The translations under genes and the position numbers were made by a program. From assembly GCA_013265495.1 (NCBI GenBank), contig MU063101.1, positions 3,582,276-3,646,275 of the forward strand: 64,000 bases of DNA, in the 5' to 3' direction. Positions 61,318 through 64,000 of this stretch are shown here, piece by piece. Origin of the DNA: Vicugna vicugna (Eukaryota). The notes beneath the pieces are model-generated. The model saw only the letters and a list, made by a program, of their open reading frames with translations. It was not told where the DNA came from and did not search any database. Numbering within the stretch: the stretch's first letter is position 1; each line of letters starts with the position of its first letter.

Positions 61318-61318
<1 letters not shown>
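61145..61318 (+). mobile_element. MIR/L2-end fragment
   Basis: CTGAGCCTCTGTGTCTTCATCTGTAAGAGGGAATGATAAT ... GTGCCTGGCACA ... GCTCAATAAATG. Confidence 0.75.
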
Positions 61319-61363
<45 letters not shown>

Positions 61364-61382
61364 GAGAGACAGAGAGAGAGAG
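61319..61382. repeat. (GA)n microsatellite with GACA interruptions
   Basis: Direct reading. Confidence 0.95.
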
Positions 61383-62739
61383 GATGGTAACATTTTCTTT
61401 CAACTACAGTGATGATTTTCTCCTGACCAGCAGGAAGGGGAAGCAAAGTCTTACAGAATAGAAAGCAGAAGCAGCAGTATTTTTCTGAGGTTGTCTGATG
61501 AGAAAGGCAGAGTGGAAAGGGAGGAGGGGGTCAAGACAGGAAACCTGGGTGCTCAGCACAGAAAAGCCCCACCACACCCGCTTCTGTGAGGGGAGGGCCC
61601 CAGGCATCACCTCCCACCATTAAAATAGTGAAACGGACCTGTAGAAATTGATCCCACATTTCCGTGGCTGTCCAAGGTCTTGTTCAGAACTCTGCCCTTT
61701 CCCCCACCCAACACCCTCTATTGTTTTCATCTTGCTCTCATTTACTCTGAATCCCAGGAAACACACTCCTGTCTGTATCTTCCTTGTTTGGGGCCACACG
61801 TCAGGCTTTCTTGATTTTCCGTTTTTCATGTTCCTTTGCTTTCAGCATCTCCTAGTGCTTTGGGTGAGGACCCCCAGTGTTGGTCCTGCTTCTGCAGACC
61901 CCCAAGCCCCAGCCTTGGAGTCTTTCCCTGTCTCATTCAGCTTCCCAGTGGGGAAGACCTGCTCATCAAGATTTCAGCTCAGGGTTCCAGCCATGGACAC
62001 CGAAGTTCCAGGCTTGGAGTCAGGCAGACACGCAAGGGCACAAGCCTCAGACCTCCCTCGCCTGGTCTGGGACCGTCCCTCTCTGAGCCTGCTTGTTCAC
62101 AGGGCCATTTAGCATAGCAGCACCTACATTCTCAGCACTTCAGTGATAATTCAGTGACGTGTGGATTAATGGCCAAGGAGACCTTTGCAGATGGAAGATA
62201 GCAACCTTCGAGGAACAGTGGCCAGTTACCAGACTTCTTTGATTCTGAGGCGAGGGCACCGAGCATGGTAATATTTCTAAAACTGGCAAAATGACTATTT
62301 CATGTGCTGGAGCCCCTTCCTCATGTTTGCCCCCAAGTGCTGCTTTGAAATCCATGGTGCAACTCATGGCGTGTCCTCAGAATTGAGGAAATGTAAAATA
62401 TTAGGGCCAAATACTTGCAAGGCATTCAGCCTTCCTGGGGAGGGGGTGGAGCACACTGAGGGGAACCTCCCTATGGTGACCACCAGTCTGCCAATGCCCC
62501 ATTGGTCCCGGTCACTTTTCTTTGCATGGGCCCCCGTGGCTCTTCCTAAGGCTGAATGAAATGGCTAAAAGATGCAGGCTGTGAAATTTAGTGGGAACTA
62601 ACTTTTGCAATGAATGGCAAGGGAGAAGTGAAAGCACTTGCTTCTTGACGTCTTCCCCCTGCAGGACAGAGACATGGGTCACTGGTACAGGTAGGAGAGG
62701 TTGGTCTGTGCTCCACGCTGGGCTAGACCCTCTGTGTCC

Positions 62740-63010
62740 ATTTAGTTATTCATTTCATTTACTAAGTCATTTGACAAGCATTTACTAAGCCGCTACTATG
62801 TGCCGGGCACTGTTCTCAGATCAGGGACATAGGCATGCATCAAACGAAGCCCCTGCCCTCAGGGGGCTCACACTCTTCAGAGGAACCAGGCAAGAACACA
62901 TAAATAACCAAGTAACATGCCAGGCGGTGAGAAGAGTCTGAGGGAAAATAAAGCCAGTTAGGGCAATATGCAACTGGATAGGTGGGTGGGGGAGAGCTGC
63001 CATCTTAATT
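62740..63010 (-). mobile_element. L2 3' end relic
   Basis: TCATTTGACAAGCATTTACTAAGCCGCTACTATGTGCCGGGCACTGTTCT ... CCCCTGCCCTCAGGGGGCTCAC. Confidence 0.8.
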
Positions 63011-63109
63011 CTAAACATATTTACACTTTACAGCTACTTAACAGAAGCCAATGTCTAGGGATTATAAACATCTTAACATGAAAATTAATTAGAAAATATT
63101 GCTTCCCTC

Positions 63110-63440
63110 ACAACAGAACCATCACTGAGCCGTTAATCGGTGCCACACACATAGTATACACTTGAATGCAGGTGGTCATTGAATCTACCCGTTTCACAGA
63201 CAAGGAAACTGAGTCTGGGCTTGGTTAAGTAGCTTTCCCCAGTTCATAATACTGAGCGGTGAATCTGGGTTTCACAACCTGCTCTGACTTCAGAAAGTAT
63301 GTTTTAACCACGTTGCTCTAACAACCCTAGGTGGGTGGCATATAAATTAAGAAACTGAGGGTCAGAGAGGTCACAGCTAGCAAGGGCAGAATTAAAATCC
63401 AGAGCTGCTGTATTCCAAACCCAAGTTTTTGCTTCTCTGC
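63110..63440 (-). mobile_element. Two tandem MIR fragments
   Basis: CCGTTTCACAGACAAGGAAACTGAG (about 63190) and AAGAAACTGAGGGTCAGAGAGGTCAC (about 63350). Confidence 0.75.
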
Positions 63441-64000
63441 CACATTGCTGATCATTAATTAGGGGAAACTTAAATGACCAAGATAGGGGGTGTCACTGAC
63501 ACTTTCCAGTAGGACCCATGCTCCCTGTCTGCTTGCTCCTGGGAGGTCCCTGTCATTCTTGTGGAGGTGGGGACAGGGGCCCCAGGAACAGCACCTGCTC
63601 CTCTGAAAATCTTGTGTAAAGCCGTCGGTCCTCGCAAGGCGGGCTGGTTCACGCTCACGACTGATCATCAGCGATCATTCTTGCCAACATGCATAACCTC
63701 GTATGCGAAGCATGGGCTTTATTTTGGTGAAAACAGAGTCCAACTCAACCCCAGGGCGTGGGCGTGTGTCAGAACGTGACTCACCCCATCTTGAGCTTTT
63801 TCCACTCCCGATGTGATGATGGAGACCACTTTGAAGTTGCTGGGGACCTGACTTAGCAAATGACCGAAACAGCGAAGATTGTACCGACAAGCTCACCGCA
63901 CTCCGTTTCCAGAGATCTTTGAGCCTGAGCAACGTTCTAGATACATCTCTCCACAGAGCCAGGTTCACCATAAATGGAGAAGGCAGCTGCCCACACACTG

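Overview
Mammalian non-coding genomic DNA. The host is most likely a camelid (alpaca, llama or camel), inferred from two tRNA-derived SINEs of the camelid vic-1 type and cetartiodactyl-style L1 3' ends. I found no supportable protein-coding exon, structural RNA gene or CRISPR array. The ORF track consists of chance ORFs, N-gap read-throughs, microsatellite translations and decayed L1 ORF2 C-termini. The window reads as a repeat-rich gene desert or a large intron. It holds MIR, L2, MER5, MLT1 and MER21 relics, several truncated L1s, one ERV1-like solo LTR, and unique stretches dense in transcription-factor motifs that look like enhancers. There are six N gaps and three near-exact local duplications, at least two of which look like assembly artefacts. 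The most notable items are: an L1 whose 5' UTR appears fused directly to the ORF2 C-terminus, with a CCAAT-array LTR nested in its 3' UTR; a six-unit array of ZNF143/Staf-like sites inside an L2 relic; a gap-free perfect 482-bp tandem duplication; and patches of strongly GC-biased decay. I could not identify the locus or neighbouring gene. I see no convincing evidence for a wholly new biological system. Repeat family names come from recalled consensus sequences, and repeat boundaries are approximate unless stated as exact.
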